Origin: Geosiphon pyriformis uo1
Lineage: Eukaryota > Fungi > Glomeromycota
Direction: 5' to 3'
Assembly: GCA_016748015.1 (NCBI GenBank)
Contig: JAAOMT010000710.1
Coordinates: forward strand, 649,372-713,371
Length of the DNA: 64,000 nucleotides
A program made the position numbers and the translations under genes. The notes under the pieces were generated by a model that saw only the letters and a program-made list of their open reading frames with translations, ran no database searches and was not told where the DNA came from. This document shows positions 37,239-51,300 of this stretch, in pieces; positions within the stretch are counted from its first letter, which is position 1; each line of letters starts with the position of its first letter.

Positions 37239-37430
37239 ATTATTAATTAATTAATTTTTTTTAACATGTAACTTAATTATAAAAATCTGATTTTTAATTT
37301 TAATATTCATAAAAACATAATTACTAAAAAATTTTGTAATTAATAAAATTATAATATTATAAATAGATTTATTAAATTAAATTTTATAATTTAGCATTAT
37401 TATTTTTTATTATTATTTAAAAATGAAAAA

Positions 37431-40400
37431 ACTTCTTTCTTTCTTACTTTCAAAAATTCTCAAAAAGCGCATTTTCTAAAAAAGAAGTTTTTTTGTTTTT
37501 TTTCTTATTAGTTTAAATTATCATTTCTTTAGCAAATAACCTCTTCATCGTGAATTTAAAGACTGCATTTAGCAATGATATGTCTAAAAAAAAAGGTGCT
37601 TAAGAGTGCTTTCTATGGTCTTGTTGATAGTTTTTTCTCCCAAAAAAAAAGGTGGCTCTTGGCGATGTTAAACATTCTAGTGATGAAAAAGATATTTCTT
37701 TAGTCAAACTTGGTTCTAATGGTATGTACTTGGACATGGATAATGAGTTTAGTTGTGGTGAAGACAATATATGCATGGAAGGTGTCAATAGTAGGTCTCT
37801 CTTGAACTTGGCAACTAATATTCCTAAAGTAAAAAAGTGAATACCAGTGTGATTTTTGGGTCTCCTCTTGGCTTTTCCAATTATGAAATAGATAAAGAAA
37901 TAGAATTCCTCCTATCCTTTCTCAGCATATCTTTGGAAAAAAAATGGATAGATTCTAAAATTGTGAAAACTTCTGTAAAAGTTTCTGTTAGAAAGTTATT
38001 TGCATTAGATATCAATCTCTTAGCAGTGGAAGGCAAATCTGCTACAGCAAAAACTTAGTTAATTAGAAAAATTTTCTCAGTAGTCAATGGTTTTGGGAGG
38101 GCCACTACTCCCTCAAAATTTGAAGAGATCATCAGATCTACCTTTACTTCAGAAAAGAGCCACATCATTGGCCAGAGAAAAAGAGATCAACATAAACGCT
38201 AATCTCAAGAAACAAGGAATTCATTCAGATCGGGCTGTGGTTATTAAGAAAATTCTCATAGACATGCCAAAGGATATGATCGTCACTGCACTAGCCAAAT
38301 TTGGTGAAATTAAGTCAATCAAAATTCAACTTATTGGATTATGGCAAAAAGCTGTAATAGAATTTGCTGAATTAGATCAGACTAAATGATTGGCTGCTAA
38401 ATAGTCCTTCTTAATTGGTAAAAATTCAGTGTGTGTAGTTATGGCTGTGGGTGATCATGAGACTTGGGCATTAAGAAATAGATTCAGAGCATTGCTGTTT
38501 ACTTTACCAATGGAAACAACTGCTCATGATTTGGACACTCTTTTGGATGAGACTGGTGGGAAAACCTGTGTCATTAATTGTTCAATAGATTTTGACAACT
38601 GGATATGCTGTGCTGTGGTTGGTTTTGAATCTGAGAAAGATTTGGAGTCTGCTTATCATACTGAGCCAATATTTGGTGGTGTTAAATTATCTTGGGCTAG
38701 ATTGGACTTAGTTTGCTGTGGAAATTGTGGACACTGTTACCAGAGATTTTTGGTCTCTTTCCTTAAATGTTAATAATATTGATTTGCTGTGAATTCACAT
38801 TTTCAGGAAGTAGGTGAACCTCCAGTAACTGAATTTATCTTCAAATTATCTCCTATAATCTGAACTGCTGGACTTATAAGTAGAATAACCAATTCCTTGC
38901 CAGTTATTTTATGTAGTTATGTTGTAGTAAACATCAACTCTTTCCCAAAAATTGCTCGTCTAGAAGCTTACTAAAAATGTGTAGTTACTTTGCTGTGAAA
39001 GTCAACTCTTCTACAGGAATATTGTCTGTAGGCTACCCTAATGCTTGTAATAAGAAAAGAAAAGAAAAATAAAAGAAATGTAAAAGAAATAGGATTTTAT
39101 CAAGGGAAACGTTTTCTATTCAGACCTGGAGTTACTAACAGTTTATTGAAATTGGTAGCTAATCAATTTCAAAATGTTAATTGGGTTTTGGGGATTTTCC
39201 AAGTGCAATAATTAAAGAATTTGGTTTTTCAAATTATTTGATATTTATTTCTTTTTGTGTGTGTAGGAATGGTTCTAAGTAATAAATCTAAAGTAAGATA
39301 TATTTTCTTGAAGAAAAAAGCTCTTCTTTTATACAACTTGTTGTAGTACTAGTCTATGAACTTGCACTTTTTCTCTTTGCTCAAATTTTAGCAAATTAAA
39401 GATACATTTTGATGAACTACAAGTTATTTCACTGAATTATTGATTAATTTGGGTGAACTATTCATAATTTTGGCAAATTTCTGTAAATTTTGGTGAATTT
39501 TTTATAAATTTCGGCAAATTTTTGAATATTATAAAGTTCAGAATATTGTGTAATTTAATCATCCTGCTTTCTGTTATACTAATTAAATTATTTTAATTGA
39601 ATTGTGATATGTGATAATTGATTAAATAATAAATAATAATTTGAAATGATATTAATATACTAATTAATTATAGGAATTATAAAGGTAATTTCATGCTAAT
39701 TAATAGCTAAAATTCTACTGGTAATAATACTTTGGTTATTTTGCTTTGGAGTGTGATGTACCAGTTGCATCCTTTTCTGGTGGTTCTTATTTTGACTCCA
39801 GTTATGGGTCTGGTTTTTCTTTTCCTGGTACCTTAACTGATAAGGGTAACACACTAGTTGTTTAAGATAACTCCTCAATTGGTAATTACTTAGCTTTGCT
39901 GGAACATTCCTTGGAATTGCTGGCTAATTAGATTTTGAATATTTTATGCAGATTAAATGGTGTTGGGCTGGTGCTTTTGGTGCCTGTGTCTCATGTTGTG
40001 CTCCCAGTTGTGCCTGTTCCTACATTGTCAACTTTAGATACTGATATGGTTTTGGATGTTCCATGGCCACCTTTTCCATTTTTTTTTCCAGTTGCAGAAG
40101 AAAAGGTGGTGGATTTAAGTATAAGCAGTTCTAAGGTTCTTACTTTCAAAGTCAGTGGTTTGGAATCTAAGATGGTGGCTCTTGAAGTCTCTATTGACTC
40201 AATTTTGGGGAAGTTGGATCTGTTGTGCACAAATTCAGGATCTTTAGTGTATTTTTTGCATCAATAAGTGAGCTTATTTGGAAAGTGGCTATGTGTAATG
40301 TCAGGGGTATGTCAAATTTAACTAAACAGGAGGACATTGTTCATTGGCATAAAGATTTGGGAAATATGATTTCGATTGTTATTAAAACAAAATTGAGGTC

Positions 40401-43400
40401 TGACATTAGACCTTGAATCATGAATAAATTTGATGGACTTCAAGTTTTTACTTCTGGTTTGAATGTTGGATTTTGTGGTGCTAGAGTTGCCATAATTATG
40501 AACAATTCTTTGGCTTAACATGTTTCAAAAGTGGATGAGATTTCTGGTCATTTGATTTCTGTGTGTCTTCTATTCAAGAACAAGCTTTTGGTTACAATTT
40601 TGGATCTGTACACTGATGTGTCTATTGACACACAGTTTAATCAAGCTGTTGATATCAATTCTATGGTTTCCAAGGCAGTTAACTTCAGCTCTTTTGTGGT
40701 TTTAGGTGGTGACTTTAATGAAAATAGATCTAGTAAAAGTGTGAATTTCAAGTTCTGTTTAAGTTTGGGCCTGGTTAATACTTTTGATAGATATTCATTG
40801 GCCAAGGTCTCCACCTGGAGCAATTCTAAAGGTGTTGAAAAAGTGATTGATTTTATTTTAATAAGTGGAATTTTGGTATCTGTTATGGCATTGCATTGTG
40901 TTGATAGTGTGTCTGAGTTTTTTGATACAGATCATAAGTTATAGTTTTGATTGGATTGGGTAGACTGCTGGATGTCCATTTTACCAGCATTTACAGACAA
41001 GCCAACTGAAACTGTTGAAAATTCAAATTAGGGAATGTGAATGATGTTCAGTGGTTGGGCTTTAGAGACGTTAGGTCAAGAACATTTGAGAAGATGAGAA
41101 GTGATAATAACTTGAATACAATGTGGATAATGTTGGAAGAAGCCATAATACAAGCTGCCAGCTCAGTTTTCTTTAAGATTTGGTATAGTGAATATGACAG
41201 TTCAAGAAACAAACAATCTTCAAAGTTCTTTAAATTGGAAATGCTTGTTACAAAGATTGTAAAATGTTGGAATTCTGGTGATCTACTGAATTTCAACTGC
41301 CTTATGAAAGTCTGGTTAGCTATTGATGGAGTTGAAGCCTCCAAGATTGATGATATGATTTTGAACAGTGTGAGTTCAATGGATTTAATTAAACATTTGT
41401 CGGTGGTAAGGAAAGGGTATTGGAAATCTAAGTATTATGAGTCTAAGATTGCTAAGAATACTGCTATAAGGAAAGTGATTGACTGTCATATGGAAAACTT
41501 CTGTTCTAACAAAGGGAGGATGATAAAAAGCATTCTGAAATATCTGTTTCACAAGATAGTTTTGGATTACTTGGTAGTGGATGATAAAATAGTGGTTGAG
41601 TCTAATAAAATAAAGCTCAAAGTTGATGTAATTATGAAAGAGTAGACGAGAAAGCAATCTGTTCTCCCAAAAATGCCTGATCTTTAGATTCAACAATACT
41701 TGCCTTTAGATTATGTAGTTGATGATACATTTTCTGGTGTAATGAATAAAATTGGTATAGAGGAATTGTTTTTGGTTGTTGATAATTTGCCAAATAATAA
41801 AGCAGCCAGGTTGTCAGGAATATCTAATGAACTTTGGAAGCATTGTGATAAGAAAGTTTTGACCTGTCTGTTGAGGCTGCTGAATTTGTATTTAAGTGTG
41901 AATTCAGTGCCTGATCTTTGAAAGAGGGCATAGATTTCAATGATCCTTAAATCTTATAAATAGAATGGTGTCCTTACCAATATTAGACCTATTGCTCTGA
42001 TCAAAACTGCTTGGAAGATCTTGTCTAAGATTCTTTTTAATTGGATTTCTCTGGTATATAGCAGGTTTAATGTTCTTCGTAGAGACAATTTCTCAGTATT
42101 AAAGGGTACTTCCACTCAATCTCCGATTTTTGTTGTTGGATCAGTTGTGGAAGATGCTTTGGAAAAGAATAGAGAACTTTAGTTAGTTTTGCAAAACATG
42201 TGTAAAGCTTATGACTCTGTGGACTGGTATTATTTGAAAACTAGTCTGTATTGTATCAAGATGTACAGTCAGTTTATTGAATTTTTTGGTGAAATTCATG
42301 AGAGTTATATCAACAGAATGATAACAGATTTTGGTCTTTCAGATAATTACATAGTACATAATGGTTTGGATCAGGGTGAAGTTTTTTCTCCTCTCCTTTG
42401 GCAAATATTCTATGACCTTCTTTTGTGTGAGATTAAGAGACATGAGCACTTGTGTGGCTACCATATTGATACAAAGTTTGTGGTTAATACTGGCCATGTT
42501 GAGACTATTGGAGGAAGGACTTTTTTTTTTGGCTGCTAATGCTTTTGTTAATAACACAATTTGGATTGGGAGCTGTCAGGCTTCTACACAAGCCATTTTA
42601 GACATTGCTAATGGGTTTTTTGTTGTTAATGACATTTCTATTAATAATGATAAGACAGTAGTTATCCCAATCAATCAAGGTGTCAAGACTGTCTTACTTT
42701 CAATTAATGGTTTGCCAATCTTAATTGCTAAATGAGGCAAATCACATAGGTACTTGAGTATTTTTTTGTTTACAGAGAGTTTCTCCAAATCTAGCTTGGC
42801 TTAAGCTCATACAAATATCAGGTTTTTTTTAAATGTGGTGCTCAAAAAGGCTGTTACTAACAAACAATTCATTTACTTGGTCTCAGTTGTGTTTTAGCCA
42901 ATAGTTAGCTATCAGATACAATTTAGTTATGTTTCATCTGGTGTGTGTTATAAGTGGGATGTTATGATTAGAAAGGGTCTCAGGTTTAAGGCTGGGTTAC
43001 CAAAAATTTTTCCAAATAAGGCTTTACATCACTCTTCTTTGTATGGTTTAAAACCATTCGAGTAAGTGCAAGCTGAGAAAAAGTTGGTTTTATTGATTTC
43101 CTTTTCCAATGTTTGCACATTCTTGGGTGTTTATTTAAACATAAATTTTTGGATTTACAAGTTCTGGAGTAGGTTGCCTTTGAATCTTTTGCAGCATTCT
43201 GTCAGGTTAAGAGTTAGTCTGGTAAATAATTATCTAGCTGATGTGGTAAAAATTCTGTTGAAAAATAAGTTATCCTTGACAAACAATTTACCCAGTGCTT
43301 TTTATGGTTCTGGCAGGTTCTCAATATTTGACATTCTGGGTCATTCCTTATTTTATGATTCTGTTCTCTCTATGAAACATTTAGGTGTTGCTTTTGGTAG

Positions 43401-45064
43401 TAGGTTTCTGGACAAAAAAGGAAGAATGTTGAACTGGAAAACATTTTGGCAGTAAAAGAGATTGGATCCAAGGGGCCTGGTACTTTATTGGTTCACATTG
43501 ACAGCTGATTTTATGAGCAAGTGTGCTTCTGTGGGAATCACATCTGTCAGTAATTATGTACTGCCAGTACTGAATGTCTTGGATTTTGAAGCTTTTGCTT
43601 GTGTTCATGGGGGTCTTTTGAAAGTGTGGTCAGATTGCATTGAGGTTTACACAGATAGATCTTTAAAGAGTGCTGGTTCAGCTGAAGTAGCAAGTGGTGT
43701 GGTTGTCTATTTCCCAACTATGGACATGAGTATTGGGGTCAGAATCCAAGGACTTTTGTCTTTTACTTTGGCTAAATTACAAGTTATTGCTTTGGCCTTG
43801 GAGTGCATTCCATCTTCTTGTTCTGTGGTTCTGTATTCGGACAGTCAATCTGCAATTAATGCTTGTGTGTTAGAGTCTCTGGTTATGGCACTGGACTTCC
43901 ATAATCAATATTGGATTGAATGATTGTATATTGTCAATCTTATTAAGAAAAAAGACATTTTAGTTAAGTAGATAAAAGTTAAAGGGCATTCAAGGGTTCT
44001 GGGCAATGTTAGGACTGATAAATTGGCTGGTGAAGCTGCTTTCTTTCCATTTTTTCTGCCTGTTAGAATTCAAGAACATTTTTTGGTTGCTGAGGATACT
44101 GCTGTGTTAAGCAATACTCATCATTTTGTTTGTGATCTTTTTCAGTCTATTTGTTGTGCTCATTGGAAGGCTGGTTCTGATTATAATATTGTTTCGAGTG
44201 CTATGATTAAGGAGATAAATTGGGTGGCTACTTCAGAAGTCTGGCATCCTGATTCTCACATGCTTTTCAGTTTTACTAACAGAAGCTTAGCCAACATGTG
44301 TACTTATTTAATGAAAGCTGTTCATAGGTGGTTGTCTATAACTGTCAAAAAGAGATTATATAACATAAATTATTCTGGGATGCTATGCTTGCTGTGTGGG
44401 GAGATGGAGGTGTCTAATCATACTTTTGTTTGCTCTGGTAATGCTGGGTTACATGATGACATTTTGGCTGATGCTGTTAAGAAATGGGTGTTTTTGGTGA
44501 GTTCTTTTTACTCACTTATGTCAGCTGTCTTGCACTTACTTTTGGCATGTTCTTCAGATATAGGGCTGTTTACTGTTGTGTACAAGAGTTTTGTGTTGAA
44601 GGATTAGTATACTGAAGCTGCTCTGGCTTTTGAGAAGAAGGAGAAGACTGCATTAACTGTTATCAAATTTGTTGGGTTTGTGGTCGAATTGTTTTGTACT
44701 AAGGTGTGGCTCATCAGATTCAAGCATAGAGTAGATATAGAGAAGACTGGCCTGGTCAGAGATGGTGGAGTGATTTCAGGCTTGTCTCATTGTTTGGTAT
44801 TCATTTTGTTAAATGGAATGGTCCATTTGTTTGGCATTGTTGAATCTTTTGTTGTCAGCTTTGGTAGACACAGGATGTGTTATTTCTTTTCTGGTTTGGG
44901 TGGTAATGCTGTTGTTAACATAGACATGTAGTGTAGTTTTGTCTGGCCTGAATGACTGGCCATATGTAGTAAGTGCATGAGCTATGTTTAGTTTGTTCTA
45001 CTTAGTTTGGTTCTATGTACTAGATAGCAGTTGGGCTTTATTTATTAATTGTGTAATTTAAAAA
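37431..45064 (+). mobile_element. Full-length decayed LINE L2 (ORF1 RRM+CCHC; ORF2 APE-RT-RNaseH-Zn), contains a solo LTR
   Basis: 5' UTR is shared with 52166 (-). ORF1 37550-40267. ORF2 ~40264-44931 has CNVRG, GGDFNE, IDFILIS, TDHK, QNMCKAYDSV, GLDQGEVFSPLLW, YTD.SL, SDSQ, KVKGHS, CLLCGE. 3' UTR motif present. Confidence 0.93.
38735..39726 (-). repeat. Solo LTR of the A/E family
   Basis: Reverse complement of the A/E LTRs; TSD ACAC (38731-38734)/ATAC (39727-39730). Removing it restores the ORF1 zinc knuckle CGNCGHFGYFALEC. Confidence 0.93.
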
Positions 45065-45341
45065 TTTTTACTTAAAAAAATTTTTGTATAAAAAACAAAT
45101 TTTAAAACTTTAATAATTTATAATACTTGGTATTTTACTTTATGATATAATAATTGGCTTGTTTTGGTATTTATTTATTTTTATTAAATTATTTAATAAG
45201 AATAATTCAATTATTATTTAATATATAAAAATAAATTAAATATTTTTAATTAAGCATAATTTATGTATATATTATATTATTATTATTTAAATTTGAAAAA
45301 AATAAACAAACATAATAATATTTAAATCTTATTATAAAAAC

Positions 45342-48300
45342 TTTTTTTTTTATTAGCATTTAATGAGTAAAGCTCAACTGCTATCTAATACATAGAGCCA
45401 AACTAAGTGGCTCAAACTAAATACAACTCACACAATAACTACATGCAACTAGCCATTCAGGCCAGACTAGGCAACACTACACACCTACATAAACACAGGG
45501 GCAACCATCTAGACCCAAAAAAAAAAGGCAAGGCCTGCAACAGCCAAAACTGACAGCAAAAGACTCAACAACACCAAGCATCCTCACCACACTATCTGAA
45601 AGCACAGAACACACCCTACACGACAAACTTGAAACCAAACAATTATCATCAACCAAGCCAGCCTTCTCCATGTCTGCTCTGAATTTAGATCTAACCAACC
45701 AGACCCTGGATTGATGCAGCTCAACCAAGAACCTCACAAACTCAATCACCACTCCAGAGGCTTTTCCAGCATTCTCAAAAACACCTGCTGCCTCAACAAC
45801 CCAACTTTTCATCACAAAACCCTTATACAAAACTGAATACTTGCCAACATCCAAGTGACAAGAATCAAGAACTTCAAGAACAGAAGAGAAAAACAGATCA
45901 CAATCACCAACCAGAGATGCCCAGCACGCAGAAGCCTTCAGCAAAATTTCTGTCTGGGTGTGAACATCCTGCGAACAAGTAAAAACATGGTTTGGCAGTT
46001 CCACCTCCCTACACAACAAACATTGAATACCTGGATAACATTTATTATATAACCTTTTTCTGATAGCCACTGGCAATCTTTTGTGTACAGCCTTCATTAA
46101 ATATGTTCGAAGATCAGCCAATTTTTGGCTAGTAAACCCAACAAACATGTGTGAGTCAGGATGTCAGATCTTTGCCAAAGCAGCCCAATCAAAATCCCCT
46201 AGCATGTCAACTGAAACCACATCCCAGCCTGAACCAGCCTCTTAGCGAGCACGACAAACAGATCTAAACACATCCCTAACAAAATAGTGGGTGTTGCCTG
46301 AAATCACAGTGTTCTTAGCCATCAAACAATGCTTCCATACCCTTATTGGCAAAATGTAAAAAGAGCCAGCAGCTTCACCTGCAGACTTATTGGCTCTCAC
46401 ATTGCCAAGAACACCAGCATAACCTTTGATTTTGATTCAACTCACACTGAAATCCTTATCTCTAATCAAGTTAAAAATATGCCTCCTTTTAATTCAGCAG
46501 CAATTATGAAAGTCTGGAATGAGAAACAATAACTCAGAGACACAAACATCAATTGCAGCTTGGCTGTTGAGATGCAAAACCACAGAACAAAATGATAGAA
46601 CACACTCTAAAGCCAGAGCAACAGCCTGCAACTCAGCCATAGTAGAAGATAAAAGGCCAAAAACCCTGACACCAACACTCAAATCTAAAGCCGGGAAGTA
46701 TGTAGCAGCACCACTCAACACATCAGCAGAACTAGCACCTCTTAAAAATCCATCCATATACACCTCAAAACAGCCAGACCAAATCTCATGTAAACTATTC
46801 CATACAGAAAAAAACACATCAGAGCCCATAATACTCAAACCACCAAAATAGACAGCACCAGTAAAGCCCGGGGAAGAAAAACCCTGATTCAAAAAAAACT
46901 TAGAAGCAACTGCAAACCAATGAGGCACAGGACTCCACAGATCCAAATGTTTTCAGCGACAAAAAGTCTTCCAATCCAACAACTCTCTTTTCTTATCGAA
47001 AAACTGATCACCAAAAGCAACACCAAAGCATTTAAGAGACCAAACAGAACTAAAGTAAAGAGACTCTCCAAGAATCGAAGACATCGGAAAACAGCCAGGA
47101 TAACAAAAAGCACTAGAAATGTTGTTTACCAAAGATAGATTATTGTCCAAAAGCATCTTCACAACACCTGCCAAAAAATTGTTCACTGGACTAACACGCA
47201 ACTTGACAGGAAATTGAAAAAAATCCAAGGAAGCCCAATTCAGAACCTGCAAGTCCAGAAATCTATGCTCAAACAAGTGGCCAAGAATGCCAGAGACATT
47301 AGCAAAAGAGATCAAAGAAGCCACCTTCCCCTCAGACTGCACTTGCTCAAAAGACTTCAGACCATACAGTAAAGAATGATGCAGAGCAGAATTAGGAAAA
47401 TCATGAGGCAGACACACTTTGAATTTAAGGCCCTTTCTGACCAAAACATCCCACTTGTGGCACACACCAGACGAAACAAAACTAAACTGCATTCGATAAC
47501 TAACAATGGGCTATAAGACAGCTGAGACCAAATAGGAAAACTGCTTATCCATAATTACTTTTCTGAGCACCACATTGATGAAAAACCAAACATCTGAGTG
47601 AGCCTTGGCCAGACTGGGTTTGGACAACCCTTCAGTTGACAAAAAAATCCCCAAATATCTGTGAGCCTTACCCTTCTTTGCAATAGAAATCGGCTGACCA
47701 CTTATATTTAAAGAAGCAACCTTAACACCCTGATTAATCAGTATGGCCACCATCTTCTTATTGTTTATAGAAATATTGTTGATAAAAAAGAACTCACTAA
47801 CAATGTTCAAAGCATACTGCATGGAAGCCTGGCAATCTCCAATCCAAATTGTATCATCCACAAAAGTGCCAGCAGCAAAGAATAAAGTCATCCCACCACT
47901 ATTTTCAATCCTGCCAGTTTTCGCCACAAACTTAGTATCAACGCAATATCCACACAAATGCTCATGTCTTTTAATTTCACACAAAAATAGATCATAAAAG
48001 ATCCTCCAAAGAAGAGGCAAAAAGACTTTACCCTGATCAAGACTATCATGCACCCTATAATCACCTGAAAAACCAAAATCAGTCATCACTTTATTAATCC
48101 TATCCATATGGATACCACCAAAAAAGCCAATAAACCTTTCACACATTTTGATATGACACAGGCTAGCTCTCAAGTGATGCCAACCAACAGAATCATATGC
48201 CTTGTGCATATCCTGCAAAACCAACCAAAGTTTCTTATTCTTTTTAAGAGCATCTTCGACTACCGATCCAACAACAAACACAGGAGATTAAGTAGAAGTA

Positions 48301-51300
48301 CCCTTCAGCACCAAAAAATTGTCATCATAGAAAATGTCAAACTTGTCACATGCAAAGAAGATCCTGTCTGAGAGAATTTTGGAGAGAATTTTCCTGGCTG
48401 TTTCAATCAGAGCAATAGGGTGAGTATTTGTTAAAACCCCATCCCAATCATAAGGTTTTGGTATCATTGAAACCCAGGCTTTCTTCCACAAAGCAGGCAC
48501 AAAACCAACAGATAGACATGCATTCAACAACACCAAGAGACACTCCATCACTCTCTCACCACTATGTTTTTAAAGTTCATTAGAAATGTCGGATAAGCCA
48601 GTAGCTTTACTATCAGGCAAACCACCAATGACCAAAAGCAACTCATTCAAACTGACTGCATTCATAACACCAGAAAAAGTATCATCCTTAATATGGGCCA
48701 AGGAAGCATATTGATGGGCCCAAAGGTCTGGTAGTACTAAAGGCACTACCTGTTTCCTTGTCCAACCCTCCATAATTTCATCAATCTTTAATTTTACTTC
48801 CTCCGGCTCCAAAACAAGCTCATTATTAACAACCAAATGATCCAGAACAACCTTCTGAAAAGGCCAATCTAAAATACTCCTAATCATGCTACCTTTGTCA
48901 GAACAAAATTTTTTCATGTGCTTTTCAATAGCATTCCTAATAGAGGCCTTCTGTAACAATTTTGATTCATACATTTTGGATTTCCTGTACTCTCTCTTGA
49001 TGAATGACAAAAACTTGAGAATGTCGACCCCTCTCTGACCAAACTGAACTATATCCACCAAAACAAGAGCCTTATTAGCATCTAATGTAGACTATTTCTA
49101 CACAAGATAATCAAAATCAGAGGTATTAGCCGAACCAAACTTTTTAACAATTTTGATAATTAGCAATTCCAAGCCCAGAAACTTAGAGAAATGTTTGTTT
49201 TTTGAATACTGAAACTCATTAAACCAACACTGAGAAAACATTTTATCTGCAGAATCTACCAACATCTTTTCCAGCAATAACCACATAATATCCAAATTTA
49301 GCTCTGCAGCAGTGTTATGAAATTTGTCTATCACACCCAAAATCATGACAGAAGAGCAGTCCCTAAAATGAGACCATCCAGCATCATCAGCATTCTTAAT
49401 ATTAAACTTCCAACAATCTTTGTTAGCCTGCTTGCGCAAGCTATTCAAACGGATATTCAAGAGTCCACCCAAATCAATAGAAATTATAACAGCATTGTGA
49501 TCAGTGTCAAAAAAGTCTGAAACAGAGCCAACCCTATGGCCAGCAACAGCAGAAACCAAATTCTCACTAACAAAGATGAAATCAATGGTCTTCTTGACCC
49601 CCCTAGAATTACTCTATATAGAAGTCTCAACCAAAGGTTGGCCAACAAATGAATTGACCAAACCCAAACCCGAGCAGAATTTGAAACTTGCACTCCTTTC
49701 TGATCTATTTTTGTTGAAGTCACCACCAAGAACAACAAAGGTGCTGGAGTTAACAGCCTTAGCAATAAGAGAATTCACCTCAGAAGTCTGACTGAAACAA
49801 ACACCAGAAGAGGCATCTGCATACAAACCAATAACAGAAACTGAAAGTTTATTCCTGAACAAAAACCGCACAGCAATAACCTGGCCAGGAACCTCCTCAA
49901 CCTTAGAAACATGATGAGCCAAAGAATTGTTCATGATAATGGCAACACCAACACTGAGAAAACCAACATCCAAACCAGAAATAAAAATTCAAACACCATC
50001 AAATTTATCCTTGGTCCAAAGACCAATAGAAGACTTTAATTTCGTTTCAGTAATAAAAAACACCATTAAACCAGATTTCACGTGCCAATAAAGAACATCC
50101 ACCTGCTTCGCAGAAACATTAATACCTCAGACATTACATGTTGCAATTTTCCATATTAAAGCACTTATTGAGAAGAAAAAGGTAAGAGAAAACCCAAACC
50201 AGAACACAAAAGATCTAATCTAGCCAAAACAGAATTGACAGAAGCCTTCAGAGCCAACATTTTAGACTCCAAACCACTCATTTTGGTAGTTAAAACCTTC
50301 GAACTACTTGAACTGAAGCCAGCACCCAAATTAGCACTTGAAGGATAAAGAGTGGATGATGCCAACTCACCATCTAGAGCCATATCAGAATCTAAAACAG
50401 GGACTAAAGGCACAGAGCCAACCAAAAGAAGAGCACCAACAGATGAAATCACAGGCACCAACTCAACAAAACTCAATTTCCTTACAATATCAGAGACCTG
50501 TTCAGCCAACAGTTCAAGAGAGTGTTCCAAAGATGCCAAACGAGCATTTAAAAAAGAATCATTAATGATAGAAAAGGAAAAACTATTACCTAAACCCAAA
50601 GTCGCAAGGGGAGAGAAGCCAACACCAAGATCAGAACCAGAAGGAAAGCCACCAGAAGAGAAAGTAAGAGAAACTACCTGAGTCCATGATTTGCCACCAA
50701 AGGCAGCAGGGCAAAAGATAGGAACATTTTTTTTTATATATAATTTGGCCAACTGAAGACAATCCACACCAGGAGCACGTTTTTTATTAAATAAACTCAA
50801 GAGATTAGAAGGTGACATGTCCGACACATCACACTTTAGAGCTAAATGACCAAGATGCCCATATTTTCTATACCAAACCAAATCCAACCTAGTCCATGAG
50901 AGATGAACACCACCAAAAATAGACTTAGTAAGAAAAGCAGAATCCAGATCATTTTCGGATTCGAAGCCAACCACAGCACAATGAACTCTATTGCCAGTGT
51001 CCAACAAATGATTAATAATGCAAGTTTTGTCATTAGTATTATCCAAAAGATTACTAAGATTATGTGCAGTTGTTCTCACTGGCAAAGTAAACAAAAGTGC
51101 CCTAAAATAATCCCTAAAGGCCCAGATATCACGATCTTTCACAGCTTTTGCCACACACACAGAATCTTTCTTGATTAGGAATGACCATTTTAAAGCCAAC
51201 ATATCAGCCTGACTTGATTTGGTGAACTCCACTACAGCCTTCTGCCATAACCCAATTAATTGCACTCTGATCGACTTAATTTCACCAAATTTGGCAACTG

